From positions 1 to 15,658 of the forward strand of contig JAQTOB010000012.1 in assembly GCA_028713575.1 (NCBI GenBank): 15,658 bases of DNA, given 5' to 3'. Below, one piece after another: positions 1 to 8,660 of this stretch. The DNA comes from Patescibacteria group bacterium. Its GTDB lineage: Bacteria > Patescibacteriota > Patescibacteriia > UBA2591 > UBA6264. A program made the position numbers and the translations under genes. Positions within the stretch are counted from its first letter, which is position 1; every line of letters starts with the position of its first letter. The notes beneath the pieces are model-generated. The model was given only the letters and a program-made list of their open reading frames with translations. It searched no databases and was not told the origin of the DNA.

Positions 1-3000
1 TTTAGAATTGTTATTCTTTGGTTTTTGGTTCTTCTTTCCCCTGTTGCTTTTATGGGCAGTGTTTTACCGTCATTTCAGCGTTACGCCAATCAGTGGTGGG
101 AAAAATTTACCAGCCAAGTTATTGTTGGTCCAATTTTGGCGTTTTTTCTTTGGTTGTCATTTTCCATGGTTCAAACTTCGGACAATATATATAAAACGGT
201 TGTTGTTCCCGGGAGCCAAACGGAAGAATATATTGCCGGCGGAATGAGCAACTCGGCGGGTACAGGAACACAACTTTCCGCTGCTATTTCTGAAGCCGGC
301 CGGCCGGAATATATTCTTAATTTTATTATTGGTATTGGCATGCTACTCGGTTCTTTAATGGTTGCTCAACAAATGGGTGTGGCTGGCGGTAAAATGGCCG
401 GACAAGCCCTGGGAAAGATTCAGGCCATGGGTTCAGGTGTGGCCAAATGGCCATTTAAAACTGCGGGCAAAGGGATTAAATCATTAAGCAAATATGCTGT
501 TAAATCAGCAGAAGCTTCAGTGGGCATTCCTTTAACCAAAGAAAGATGGCAACGAATTTTAGCTGACAGAAGAGAGTGGATTGATAAAAAACGAGACGCG
601 AAATTTATTAAACAAAGAGAAAAGGGCATCTTATCTTTTTTACCAAAGGGTGAGGCAGGAGAAAAAGGATGGTCTCATGTTCTTACTTGGAAAGAAGGAG
701 GAAAAGCAATTGGAAGAGTTTTTCAAGGTTTAACAGGGAAGGCTGATAAATTAAGAAAGAAGGCCACGGAAATGGGGAAAAATAAACAAGAAGAAGACGA
801 AACATCAGAACACAAAATCAGGGAAGGAGAAATTTTAAACCAAGATAAACAATATGAAAACAAACTAAATGAACAAAGAGAAAATAAAAATCAATTAGAA
901 ACGAATTCTAATATTTTTACAAAATCAGGGGATAGGATTATGCAATTAGATGATGTTGATAAATATATAGAAAATCTGGAGGCGCAGATAGAAAAAGCAA
1001 GAAGCAAAAATGAAGACGACCCCTGGGTTGGAAAAGCGGAAATATTTTTAGAGGGTCTAAAAAAACAAACAACCTTAGCCAAAAAAGGAAACCAAAAAAC
1101 GATTGATTTAAATACTCTTGGTCCAAATGTTGATAAGAATTTTTATTCGCAGAATATAACGAAATGGTTTAACAAAGAAGTAAAAACAGCAGGTCAGGCA
1201 ATAGAAAAGACAGAACAAGAACAAGAAAATTGGCAAAAAAAGAAAAAAAATTATGAGTTTACTAAAGAGGATTATACAAATGTTAGAAGCGGGATGACAA
1301 ATCTGGAGATGTCTATAACAGAACTTAATTTAGACGAACAAACTAAAAATAAATTCTTAAAAAGAATAAATGATTTACAGGATGAACTGGGGGATGGTAG
1401 CGATGACGCTTTTAATAAATTAAGTCAAGAAAAGAAAAACGAATTGGCGCACAAGGCCTGGACGCTTAAAGATGACTTAGAACAAGAAACAGATAACTTA
1501 AAAAAAGAAGGGAAAATAGATACTGATCAAATAATGGGAATAAAGGATTTTTGCAAAAAAATTCATTCTTCTTTAAGCAAGGAAGTAATTAAAGAGAGTT
1601 TTACCAGAGAAGACCACGAAAAAACTAAAGGCAATATAAAGAATTTGGCCGCTACTATTGAAACACTTGATTTGTCTCCGGAAGCAAAAAATAATTTACA
1701 AAATGAATTAAATGCTCTGCAAAAAGAATTGGAAACACCTTTTGATGAATTAACATTAGGAAAAAGAAACAGAATCGCTAGTCAATTTGAAAAAATTAAA
1801 GACAACTTAAATCAAGAGATGGAAAATAACAAAATAGCTCCCGAAAAAGCGCAAAAAATATCCGATTCTGCTCAAGGAATCCACTCAACTTTAAACAGAA
1901 GAGTGGTTGGTAGGTTTACCAGAGAAGACCACGAAAAAACTAAAGGCAATATAAAGAATTTGGCCGCTACTATTGAAACACTTGATTTGTCTCCGGAAGC
2001 AAAAGGTTATTTCCAAAATGAATTAAATGCTCTGCAAAAAGAATTGGAAACACCTTTTGATAAATTAACACCAGAGAAAAAGAGCAGAATTGCCAATCAA
2101 TTTGAAAAAATTAAAGACAACTTAAATCAAGAGATGGAAAATAACAAAATAGCTCCCGAAAAAGCGCAAGAAATATCCGATTCTGCCCAGGGGGTTCACT
2201 TAATTTTAGAGAAAGAGAAAAAATTAAAAGAAAAGATTGAAAAAAGAAAACAATTAGAACACGAAATAGCGGATTTACAATCTCAAGCAGAAATGATTCA
2301 ACCAAGAACAATGACCGCAGAACAAAGAAGGGTTTTAAATGTAGAAGTTATGAAAGAGTACGAATCAGTTAAGGAAATAGATGATTCCCAGGAATTAATC
2401 ACTCTTTATCGTCAGGCAGAAAAAAAGAAGAATGTTGGTCTGGCAAAGGCTATTTTAATGAAATTAAATTCTCAAAATGATATTAATGAAATTTTAGGGG
2501 AATTTAACCTTGAACAAAATTTTAGGGGAATGGCGGACCTTGGGAAAATAATTCATGATAAATTAGGAATAAGCCAACAAGAGGCCTATATGTTTATAAA
2601 CGATTTATCTTTCAAAAATAAAAACGCCGGTTTATACAGGCTTTCAGCCGCAGTGGGCAGAGATAAAAGAACCGGACTATATCGGCCATTAGACGAAGAA
2701 GAGCATAAAAAAATCGTTTTAATTGAAAGCGGAAAGGCTGAATCGGAAAATTTTTATAGAAAAGCTTCGTGGGCTGCGTTATTTGGCAAAAAGACAGACC
2801 CAAATACAGGAGAAAGAATCCCGATTTTTGATGAAACAACGGAAGCAATGCTTAAAAGAGATATTGATACGATTCATAAAGAATTATTACAAAATTTTCG
2901 ATTAGAAAAAGAAATGCAAAGAAATATGGCTCACAAGAATGTGCTGGATGGAATGAAAAATATGTTATCCGCTATGTATGGAGAAGCAAAAATAAAAATG

Positions 3001-3051
3001 GAGGCGGTGATAAAAGACTTAGAAAGAAAACAAAAACAGTTTTGGTCATAA
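1..3051 (+). CDS. Large membrane protein, 5'-truncated by the window edge. It has a TrbL/VirB6-like polytopic membrane region, then a ~800-aa Lys/Glu/Asn/Gln-rich coiled-coil with internal tandem repeats, then a C-terminal globular region.
   Basis: Frame 1 is open from base 1 (FRIVILWFLVLLSPVAF...), so the TTG at 25 in the ORF track is probably internal and the gene continues upstream. Three hydrophobic helices lie in the first ~125 aa (VLLSPVAFMGSVL; VIVGPILAFFLWLSFSMV; ILNFIIGIGMLLGSLMVAQQMGV). They are followed by a Gly/Ala/Lys-rich tail (AGGKMAGQALGKIQAMGSGVAK), as seen after the last TM of TrbL/VirB6-type proteins. The gene sits upstream of VirB3/VirB4-like genes. That this is a coding region is near certain; the VirB6 assignment rests on motif and synteny recognition only. 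Confidence 0.55.
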   Translation, partial: FRIVILWFLVLLSPVAFMGSVLPSFQRYANQWWEKFTSQVIVGPILAFFLWLSFSMVQTSDNIYKTVVVPGSQTEEYIAGGMSNSAGTGTQLSAAISEAGRPEYILNFIIGIGMLLGSLMVAQQMGVAGGKMAGQALGKIQAMGSGVAKWPFKTAGKGIKSLSKYAVKSAEASVGIPLTKERWQRILADRREWIDKKRDAKFIKQREKGILSFLPKGEAGEKGWSHVLTWKEGGKAIGRVFQGLTGKADKLRKKATEMGKNKQEEDETSEHKIREGEILNQDKQYENKLNEQRENKNQLETNSNIFTKSGDRIMQLDDVDKYIENLEAQIEKARSKNEDDPWVGKAEIFLEGLKKQTTLAKKGNQKTIDLNTLGPNVDKNFYSQNITKWFNKEVKTAGQAIEKTEQEQENWQKKKKNYEFTKEDYTNVRSGMTNLEMSITELNLDEQTKNKFLKRINDLQDELGDGSDDAFNKLSQEKKNELAHKAWTLKDDLEQETDNLKKEGKIDTDQIMGIKDFCKKIHSSLSKEVIKESFTREDHEKTKGNIKNLAATIETLDLSPEAKNNLQNELNALQKELETPFDELTLGKRNRIASQFEKIKDNLNQEMENNKIAPEKAQKISDSAQGIHSTLNRRVVGRFTREDHEKTKGNIKNLAATIETLDLSPEAKGYFQNELNALQKELETPFDKLTPEKKSRIANQFEKIKDNLNQEMENNKIAPEKAQEISDSAQGVHLILEKEKKLKEKIEKRKQLEHEIADLQSQAEMIQPRTMTAEQRRVLNVEVMKEYESVKEIDDSQELITLYRQAEKKKNVGLAKAILMKLNSQNDINEILGEFNLEQNFRGMADLGKIIHDKLGISQQEAYMFINDLSFKNKNAGLYRLSAAVGRDKRTGLYRPLDEEEHKKIVLIESGKAESENFYRKASWAALFGKKTDPNTGERIPIFDETTEAMLKRDIDTIHKELLQNFRLEKEMQRNMAHKNVLDGMKNMLSAMYGEAKIKMEAVIKDLERKQKQFWS
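1258..2229 (+). repeat. In-frame tandem repeat inside the VirB6-like gene. One diverged unit (1258-1599, 114 aa) is followed by two near-identical 315-nt / 105-aa units (1600-1914 and 1915-2229).
   Basis: Each unit starts with FT(K/R)ED(Y/H). Units 2 and 3 both read FTREDHEKTKGNIKNLAATIETLDLSPEAK...NELNALQKELETPFD...QFEKIKDNLNQEMENNKIAPEKAQ.ISDSAQG. The first ~90 nt of units 2 and 3 (from 1600 and 1915) are identical. Close similarity continues to about 1884 and 2199, with scattered substitutions. Unit 1 (FTKEDYTNVRSGMTNLEMSITELNLDEQTKNKFLKRINDLQDEL...) is recognisable only at the protein level. Confidence 0.9.
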
Positions 3052-3066
3052 TAAAATATTTTAAAT

Positions 3067-4989
3067 ATGTTGGAAAAGGAAAAATTAAATTTTCTTATTG
3101 AAGAAACGAGAGAAAAAATAAAACAAGAAATTGCTGAAGGATTTTTTTATCATTCTGATAAGATGAAAAAGTGGTATCAAACTAGAAAAGAATTAGGGGA
3201 GTTTTTAAAAAAAGGGGGCGACTTAAAAGAAACTAATCCTTTGGTTTATGACCAATGTTTAGATTTATTAAATAAAATTAAATGGTTTTCTTTTGTTCAT
3301 CTGAAGTCAGAAGATTTTATTGATTTATTCAGACAGGGCTTAAAATATGCCTTAATGAGCAAAGATTATCCCTTAGAAAAAAATTTAAGCATGTTTTTAA
3401 TTGACATTCCTATTCTTTCTGTCAGGGATGAATATAAAGGGAAAATACGCGAAGCAATGTTTGCTAATCAAGAAAAATTAACTTCCAAGAAAATTGTTAT
3501 GGGAAATAAAGAAAAAGACCCAACCATAAGTAATTGGTTAAAATTTTATGACACAGAGTTAGGGGCGGGAAATGTGGAAAAATTAAAAACATTAGAAATT
3601 TTATTTAACAATAAAAATGTTATCAAATTGTCAACCGAAGAAAAGCAAGTAATCAAACGTTTGATTGACCTTTATGAGGAATTAAAAATATCCGCTATAA
3701 CCGTAGAAGGATTGGAAGAAGAAGATTATGTTATAGATGAAAATGGAGAAATAGAATATCATAAAAGAAGTTATGTGGAAAAAATCAGTCAAGGATTTGC
3801 TAAAACAAAAAAACAAAAAGCATTAAAATTAGAAAAAGAAATGATTCAGGAAAAGATAAAGGCGGAAAAAATTAAAGAAGAAGCGAATTTAATTGATATA
3901 AATCAAGCAATCGGAGAAGTAATTAAAAGAACTAATTTAACATTCCCCCAAGAGGACCTTGAAAAAAGATTTAAAAATATTATTTTGTCTTTTTTAAAAG
4001 ATGTCCGCACGGGCATTGAAACAAAAATTACCCTTAAAAGAGAAACGCAAATTGGCGGCATGGGATTTGACCAAGAAACAACTGATAAAATAATGGATAT
4101 TTTAAAAAATGTTAAGCCTAAAATTGACCAAAAGTTTTTAAAAGAAGAATTGTTATCAAATGGGGTTTTAAAATCAGAATTATCAACAAAAATGTCGTTT
4201 CCCGCTGGTCAATTAGATAAAATTATTCAAACAGAAACAAGGCAGACATTAAACGTTGAACCAATAAGCAAAAAAAAAGAGACAATTGCGTCTAAACAGG
4301 AGCAAGTTTTTAAAACAAAATCAAAGTCACCTTTTGTTCCTCCGCCAATTATTAAACAAACGCCCTCCGCGCCTGTTTTATCAGAGCAAAAGACAATACC
4401 TTCTCTTCAAGCATCAATTTCAACCTCCACAGTTAAACAAGAGCCGGTCATCCAAATTCAAGAATCAACAATTAAAAAAGAAGTCAAGCCAAAGCTGGAA
4501 GAAAAACAAAAAACAGAAACACAAATTTCTTTATCTAAAGACATTGTTTCGCCGTCGCAAAATATTTCCCAGACAAAAACAGAAGAACCCGTTAAAATAG
4601 AAATACCCGTTCGTCGGCCAATTGAATTGCACAAACCCGTGGTTGAAGAAATAAAAGTCAAACCTAAAACATACAGCCCCATTGATGAACTAAGGACAAT
4701 CACTTTAATTGATTGGCGTCGCTGGGGAACCCCGAAAGAAGCAGCCAAAATGGTTCAAAATAAAATAAATTTATTAGCCGAAGAATCTTTAGTTAAAAAA
4801 GCCGAAGGAATTAAGGCCTGGAAGAGTTCAGAAATTAATCAATTATATTTAAATATTGGGGCAGAATCAATTGACCAAGGAAAGTCGGTAAATGAAATAA
4901 TTATCCAAAGACAGCAACAAAATAAGCCAACCCTGAACGAAGAAGAGTTTAATGTTGTGGTGGAATTGAACCAGAAACTGCGCTTCTAA
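3067..4989 (+). CDS. Hypothetical 640-aa protein with no predicted TM segment or signal peptide. It has an N-terminal globular region, a Lys/Glu-rich helical region, a Pro/Ser/Thr/Gln/Lys-rich low-complexity spacer and a compact C-terminal domain.
   Basis: Long ORF starting 15 nt after the preceding stop, on the same strand as the T4SS-like genes. The low-complexity spacer spans roughly nt 4260-4690 (SPFVPPPIIKQTPSAPVLSEQKTIPSLQASISTSTVKQEPVIQIQ...). The C-terminal ~100 aa reads LIDWRRWGTPKEAAKMVQNKINLLAEESLVKKAEGIKAWKSSEINQLYLNIG.... I do not recognise a family. Confidence 0.7.
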   Translation: MLEKEKLNFLIEETREKIKQEIAEGFFYHSDKMKKWYQTRKELGEFLKKGGDLKETNPLVYDQCLDLLNKIKWFSFVHLKSEDFIDLFRQGLKYALMSKDYPLEKNLSMFLIDIPILSVRDEYKGKIREAMFANQEKLTSKKIVMGNKEKDPTISNWLKFYDTELGAGNVEKLKTLEILFNNKNVIKLSTEEKQVIKRLIDLYEELKISAITVEGLEEEDYVIDENGEIEYHKRSYVEKISQGFAKTKKQKALKLEKEMIQEKIKAEKIKEEANLIDINQAIGEVIKRTNLTFPQEDLEKRFKNIILSFLKDVRTGIETKITLKRETQIGGMGFDQETTDKIMDILKNVKPKIDQKFLKEELLSNGVLKSELSTKMSFPAGQLDKIIQTETRQTLNVEPISKKKETIASKQEQVFKTKSKSPFVPPPIIKQTPSAPVLSEQKTIPSLQASISTSTVKQEPVIQIQESTIKKEVKPKLEEKQKTETQISLSKDIVSPSQNISQTKTEEPVKIEIPVRRPIELHKPVVEEIKVKPKTYSPIDELRTITLIDWRRWGTPKEAAKMVQNKINLLAEESLVKKAEGIKAWKSSEINQLYLNIGAESIDQGKSVNEIIIQRQQQNKPTLNEEEFNVVVELNQKLRF

Positions 4990-5074
4990 AAATAGGCAAT
5001 TAGGTGCCTTGGTAATCATGATTTAATATACATTCCCAATGGTTATTTAATTAACAAATCCCCAATTAACCAAT

Positions 5075-5518
5075 ATGCAATTTGTTGTCCCCCAATTTAT
5101 TGATATAGAAAGTAAAATTATCGGGCCAATCACGCCTCGTCAATTTATTATTCTTTTTATTACAGCGGGAGCAATTATTTTATGTTATAAATTAGCCGAT
5201 TTTGCCCTTTTCATCATTGAGGCGATAATTATTCTTGGTTTGGGCGTGGCTTTGGCCTTTGCAAAGATTAACAATCAACCAATTTATTATTTTCTTTTGA
5301 ATATCATCAATGTTGCCAGAAAACCAAATTTAAGAATTTGGCGCCGGGAAGTTATTCAAGTGGTAGAAAAAGACATTAAGGAAAAAACAAAAATCAAGGA
5401 AACAACTAAGGTTCGTCAACCGCTTTCATTTTCTAATTTTTCCAAAGTTGCTCTTTTAGTTGATACGGGGGGGAAATATAAAGAAGAATTGACGGAAAAT
5501 GAAGATTTCAAAATATAG
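5075..5518 (+). CDS. PrgI-family / VirB3-like small T4SS membrane protein
   Basis: The N-terminus MQFVVPQFIDIESKIIGPITPRQFIILFITAGAIILCY, followed by a second hydrophobic helix (ALFIIEAIIILGLGVALAF), matches the PrgI-family pattern: (V)P..I...(D/E)KI.GPLT.RQF followed by two TM helices. It lies immediately upstream of the VirB4-like genes, which is the usual VirB3-VirB4 order. Confidence 0.75.
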   Translation: MQFVVPQFIDIESKIIGPITPRQFIILFITAGAIILCYKLADFALFIIEAIIILGLGVALAFAKINNQPIYYFLLNIINVARKPNLRIWRREVIQVVEKDIKEKTKIKETTKVRQPLSFSNFSKVALLVDTGGKYKEELTENEDFKI

Positions 5519-5559
5519 AATCTGCAAAAAGTTTTAATATCAAAATATAATAATAATTT

Positions 5560-6213
5560 ATGGCAATACCTTCAACACAGAGATATTTAGACATTTCGGA
5601 AATCAAAAATGATTGCGTGGTTTTAAAAAACGGAAGTCTATGTGCCGTTTTATTGGCTTCTTCCATAAATTTTGCCCTTAAATCAGAAGACGAACAAAAC
5701 GCAATTATCCAAAATTATATTCGGTTTTTAAATAGTTTAGAATACACAATCCAAATTGTTATTCAGTCCCGGCCGTTTAATATTAAGCCCTATATTTCTC
5801 AATTAGAAGAATTAAGAAAAGTTCAAAGGAACGAGCTTTTAAAAGTTCAAATGGCTGATTATTCTGATTTTATTAAAGAGTTGGTTCAATTGGGAGAAAT
5901 AATGACCAGGCGTTTTTACATTGTTGTTCCTTACAATCCTTTGGGGGACAAAAAAAGAAGTTTTTTTTCCCGATTTAAAGACATTTTTAGCACAGTTAAA
6001 TTAATTAAAATAAAACAAGAAAAATTTGAAAAATATAGGGAAGAGCTTTTTTCAAGAGTTGATAATGTCATTTCAGGGTTGAATAGCTTGGGGCTTACAG
6101 TTGTTCCTTTAGACACGCAAAGCTTAATAGAGATTTTTTATAATATTTATAATCCGACTGAGGCAGAGATTCAACCAATGGGAGAATTAAAGGATTTAAT
6201 GGTGGAAAAATAA
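5560..6213 (+). CDS. 217-aa protein resembling the N-terminal (non-ATPase) domain of Gram-positive-type VirB4 conjugation ATPases. It has no Walker motifs.
   Basis: STQRYLDISEIKNDCVVLKNGSLCAVLLASSINFALKSEDEQNAIIQNYIRFLNSLEYTIQIVIQSR follows the pattern I recall from the N-termini of Tn916 Orf16 / TcpF-type VirB4 proteins (..Q..IP.....DGI......Y.KT..F.DINY.L...ED...IF..W..FLN.FD..I..QL). Its stop codon is 1 nt from the start of the VirB4 ATPase gene. Confidence 0.55.
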   Translation: MAIPSTQRYLDISEIKNDCVVLKNGSLCAVLLASSINFALKSEDEQNAIIQNYIRFLNSLEYTIQIVIQSRPFNIKPYISQLEELRKVQRNELLKVQMADYSDFIKELVQLGEIMTRRFYIVVPYNPLGDKKRSFFSRFKDIFSTVKLIKIKQEKFEKYREELFSRVDNVISGLNSLGLTVVPLDTQSLIEIFYNIYNPTEAEIQPMGELKDLMVEK

Positions 6214-6214
6214 T

Positions 6215-8095
6215 ATGGCGATAAAACCTTCGGCTCTCAATGAGTCAAAAATTGAAAAAGAAAAAATAAAAACCACCCCTCTTAAAGAAGATAAATCAAA
6301 AGAAATTGTTGAAACAGAGGAATTTTATCGAAAAGGAACAGTCACAGTTTTAGATTTAATCGCTCCTTCGGCCTTAAGGGTTGCCCCTCAATATCTTCAA
6401 TTGGGCGATCGGTATTTAAGAACGATTTTTATTTCCACTTTTCCCCGGTATGTTTCTGTGGGATGGTTTGTTCCAATAATAAATTTTAATGCTCATTTGG
6501 ATGTAGCCATGTTTTTTTATCCGGTCCAAACTAAAATAATTTTGAAACAATTACAAAAACAGGTTGGTAATTTAGAGGCTGAATTATCTGCGGAACAAGA
6601 AAAAGGAATGCCTCGCGACCCTCTTAAAGAAACTGCTTTAAGAGACGTTGAAAGACTAAGAGATGATTTAACTACTGGGGTTGAACATTTTTTTCAATTT
6701 GCCCTTTATACTACCATATACGCCAAAAACGAAAAAGAACTTGATACATTAACGGAAAAAATAGAAAGTTTATTTGCCGCCAAACTGGTCAAAACAAGGA
6801 GGTCTTTTTATCAATCTGAACAGGGTTTTAATTCTACTCTGCCTTTAGCTCAGGATGAATTAATGGTGACAATGAATATAAATTCCTCTCCTTGTGCTTC
6901 AAGTTTTCCTTTTATTTCTTCTGACCTAACTTCAAATAACGGAGTTCTTTACGGCATAAATCGGCACAATAATAGCCTGGTTCTTTTTGACCGTTTTTCC
7001 ATGCCTAACGCTAATTTTATTGTTTTTGCCACTTCTGGGTCGGGAAAGAGTTATTTTTGTAAGCTTGAAGTTTTACGTTCTTTAATGTTGGGAACGGACG
7101 TTATTGTCATTGACCCAGAAAAAGAATATAAACATCTTTCTGACGCTGTAGGGGGAACATATATTAATATTTCTTTGGCCTCGGATAGTAAAATCAATCC
7201 TTTTGATTTGCCGCAAACTGCGGCCAAAGATGTTAAAACTACGGATATTATTCGTTCAGGAGTGATTGCCATTAAGGGACTGTTAAAAATTATGATTGGT
7301 CGGAACTTAGAGGGAGGAACAAAGGGATTTACGCCCCAAGAAGACTCTTTAATGGACCGGGCATTATTAGAAACATATGCCAAAAAAGACATTGTCCCCG
7401 GATGTGACTTAACTAGAGTAGACCCGCCAACGATGAGCGACCTTCAGGAAGTTCTTAGTGGCATGGAAGGAGGAGGAGATTTGGTTGAAAGATTAAAAAA
7501 ATATACGGAAGGCACATTTTCCGGATTTTTGAACAATTCAACCAATGTTAAGATGAATAATCAATTAGTGGTTTTTTCCGTTCGCGACTTAGAAGATGAG
7601 TTAAGGCCCATGGCCATTTATACCATTGTTAACTACATTTGGAATGTAGTGCGTTCGGAATTAAAAAAAAGGATTTTGCTTATTGATGAGGCCTGGTGGT
7701 TAATGCAACATGAAGATTCCGCCAAATTCATCTTTGCTCTGGTCAAACGTTGCCGAAAATATTATTTAGGCGTTACCACTATTACCCAAGACGTTAACGA
7801 TTTTTTGCTGTCACCTTACGGTCGGGCAATTGTTACTAACTCGGCGATGCAGTTGCTTTTAAAACAATCTCCGGCAGCAATTAATTCCGTGACCAAAACT
7901 TTTATTCTCACTGAAGGAGAAAAATATTTACTTTTGGAATGTGGCATAGGAGAAGGCATATTTTTCGCCGGCTCTAAACATGTGGCTATTAAAGTGGTTG
8001 CTTCTTATTCAGAAGACCAATTAATAACTTCTGACCCCAAGCAACTATTGGAAATAGAAGAATCAAAAAAAGAGTTTTCCCAAAATTTAGAATAA
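6215..8095 (+). CDS. virB4: VirB4-family type IV secretion / conjugation ATPase (TrsE/PrgJ/TcpF-like)
   Basis: The Walker A motif is FATSGSGKSY (GSGKS at nt 7037-7051). The Walker B motif is RILLIDEAWWL (nt ~7673-7705). The N-terminal VirB4-type domain reads LGDRYLRTIFISTFPRYVSVGWFVPIINFNAHLDVAMFFYPVQ. The C-terminal motifs RKYYLGVTTITQDVNDF and NSAMQLLLKQ are typical of VirB4/TraC-like ATPases. Confidence 0.9.
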   Translation: MAIKPSALNESKIEKEKIKTTPLKEDKSKEIVETEEFYRKGTVTVLDLIAPSALRVAPQYLQLGDRYLRTIFISTFPRYVSVGWFVPIINFNAHLDVAMFFYPVQTKIILKQLQKQVGNLEAELSAEQEKGMPRDPLKETALRDVERLRDDLTTGVEHFFQFALYTTIYAKNEKELDTLTEKIESLFAAKLVKTRRSFYQSEQGFNSTLPLAQDELMVTMNINSSPCASSFPFISSDLTSNNGVLYGINRHNNSLVLFDRFSMPNANFIVFATSGSGKSYFCKLEVLRSLMLGTDVIVIDPEKEYKHLSDAVGGTYINISLASDSKINPFDLPQTAAKDVKTTDIIRSGVIAIKGLLKIMIGRNLEGGTKGFTPQEDSLMDRALLETYAKKDIVPGCDLTRVDPPTMSDLQEVLSGMEGGGDLVERLKKYTEGTFSGFLNNSTNVKMNNQLVVFSVRDLEDELRPMAIYTIVNYIWNVVRSELKKRILLIDEAWWLMQHEDSAKFIFALVKRCRKYYLGVTTITQDVNDFLLSPYGRAIVTNSAMQLLLKQSPAAINSVTKTFILTEGEKYLLLECGIGEGIFFAGSKHVAIKVVASYSEDQLITSDPKQLLEIEESKKEFSQNLE

Positions 8096-8108
8096 TAAAA
8101 ATATTTTT

Positions 8109-8651
8109 ATGATTAAAAAAAATAAGATACTTATTATCGTTATTGTTCTTATCTTAGTTTTTATTCTTGCTTTTTTTCTTTTATCACAAAAGAAGAGGGT
8201 TAATCAAATGAGTTCATTCCCCGAAAAAACAGAACAAGAAAAAATGGAAGAATTTGAAGGAAAAACCCAAACGACAGAAGACCCGATTATTGCCCTAAAA
8301 GCAAAATTAACTCTTCAGGCTCGTTTTTTCATAGAGCGTTATGGGAGTTATTCTTCAGATAGCAATTACAACAATCGTCGGGCTATGGAAGACCAGATGA
8401 CCGAAAAATTATTTACCAGGGTTATTGAAGAAATAAATTTAAAAGAATTAACAAACGAATTTTATTCTTTAGAGACAAAGGTGATTAATGTTGAATTAAA
8501 AGAGTTTGGCGAAAAAAAAGTCGTTTTTAATGCTCAGATTCAGGAAAAAGAGATAAAATCAGGACAAATAACGACCCTGCCAAAACAAACAGAATTAATT
8601 TTTATCAAGGAAAGCGAGGATTGGAAAATAGATGAAATAAATATATTTTAA
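8109..8651 (+). CDS. Bitopic membrane protein with an N-terminal TM anchor and a ~140-aa extracytoplasmic domain. It may be a VirB8/PrgL-like (NTF2-like) T4SS component.
   Basis: The TM segment is ILIIVIVLILVFILAFFLLS. The soluble domain has an alpha-then-beta pattern (ARFFIERYGSYSS...VINVELKEFGEKKVVFNAQIQEKEI...ELIFIKESEDWKIDEINIF), ending in a W.I strand typical of NTF2-like folds. It sits directly after virB4. The VirB8-like call rests only on architecture and position. Confidence 0.35.
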   Translation: MIKKNKILIIVIVLILVFILAFFLLSQKKRVNQMSSFPEKTEQEKMEEFEGKTQTTEDPIIALKAKLTLQARFFIERYGSYSSDSNYNNRRAMEDQMTEKLFTRVIEEINLKELTNEFYSLETKVINVELKEFGEKKVVFNAQIQEKEIKSGQITTLPKQTELIFIKESEDWKIDEINIF

Positions 8652-8660
8652 TTCAGTTTT

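Noticed and set aside
8-247. The 79-aa ORF in an alternative + frame at the window start
   Set aside because: It overlaps the much longer frame-1 ORF, which is open from base 1 and has coherent membrane-protein sequence. The short ORF is Phe/Leu-rich frame noise from T-rich DNA.
1600-2229. Possibility that the tandem repeats are a CRISPR array or a non-coding satellite
   Set aside because: There are only two near-identical units plus one diverged unit, of 315 nt each. They are directly abutting with no spacers and are perfectly in frame within a continuous ORF, so this is a coding-domain duplication.
420-4748. Short antisense or alternative-frame ORFs inside the first two large genes (420-629, 891-1082, 938-1126, 2111-2311, 2612-2848, 2723-2905, 4286-4600, 4458-4748)
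   Set aside because: All are fully embedded in long, well-supported ORFs. Their translations are low-complexity (poly-Lys, Phe or Leu) mirror images of the K/E-rich coding strand. None has recognisable motifs or independent start signals.
4994-5009. The hairpin AGGCA-ATTAGG-TGCCT after the 640-aa gene as an intrinsic terminator
   Set aside because: The stem is only 5 bp and no U-tract follows. It is too weak to call, and the downstream PrgI-like gene is probably co-transcribed.
6205-6217. Programmed +1 frameshift joining the 217-aa ORF to VirB4 at GAA AAA TAA T ATG
   Set aside because: There is no recognisable +1 slippery or stall context (nothing prfB-like) and no stimulatory Shine-Dalgarno sequence at the right distance. 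The downstream ORF has its own ATG 1 nt after the stop, which is typical of termination-reinitiation coupling. A sequencing indel cannot be excluded without reads.
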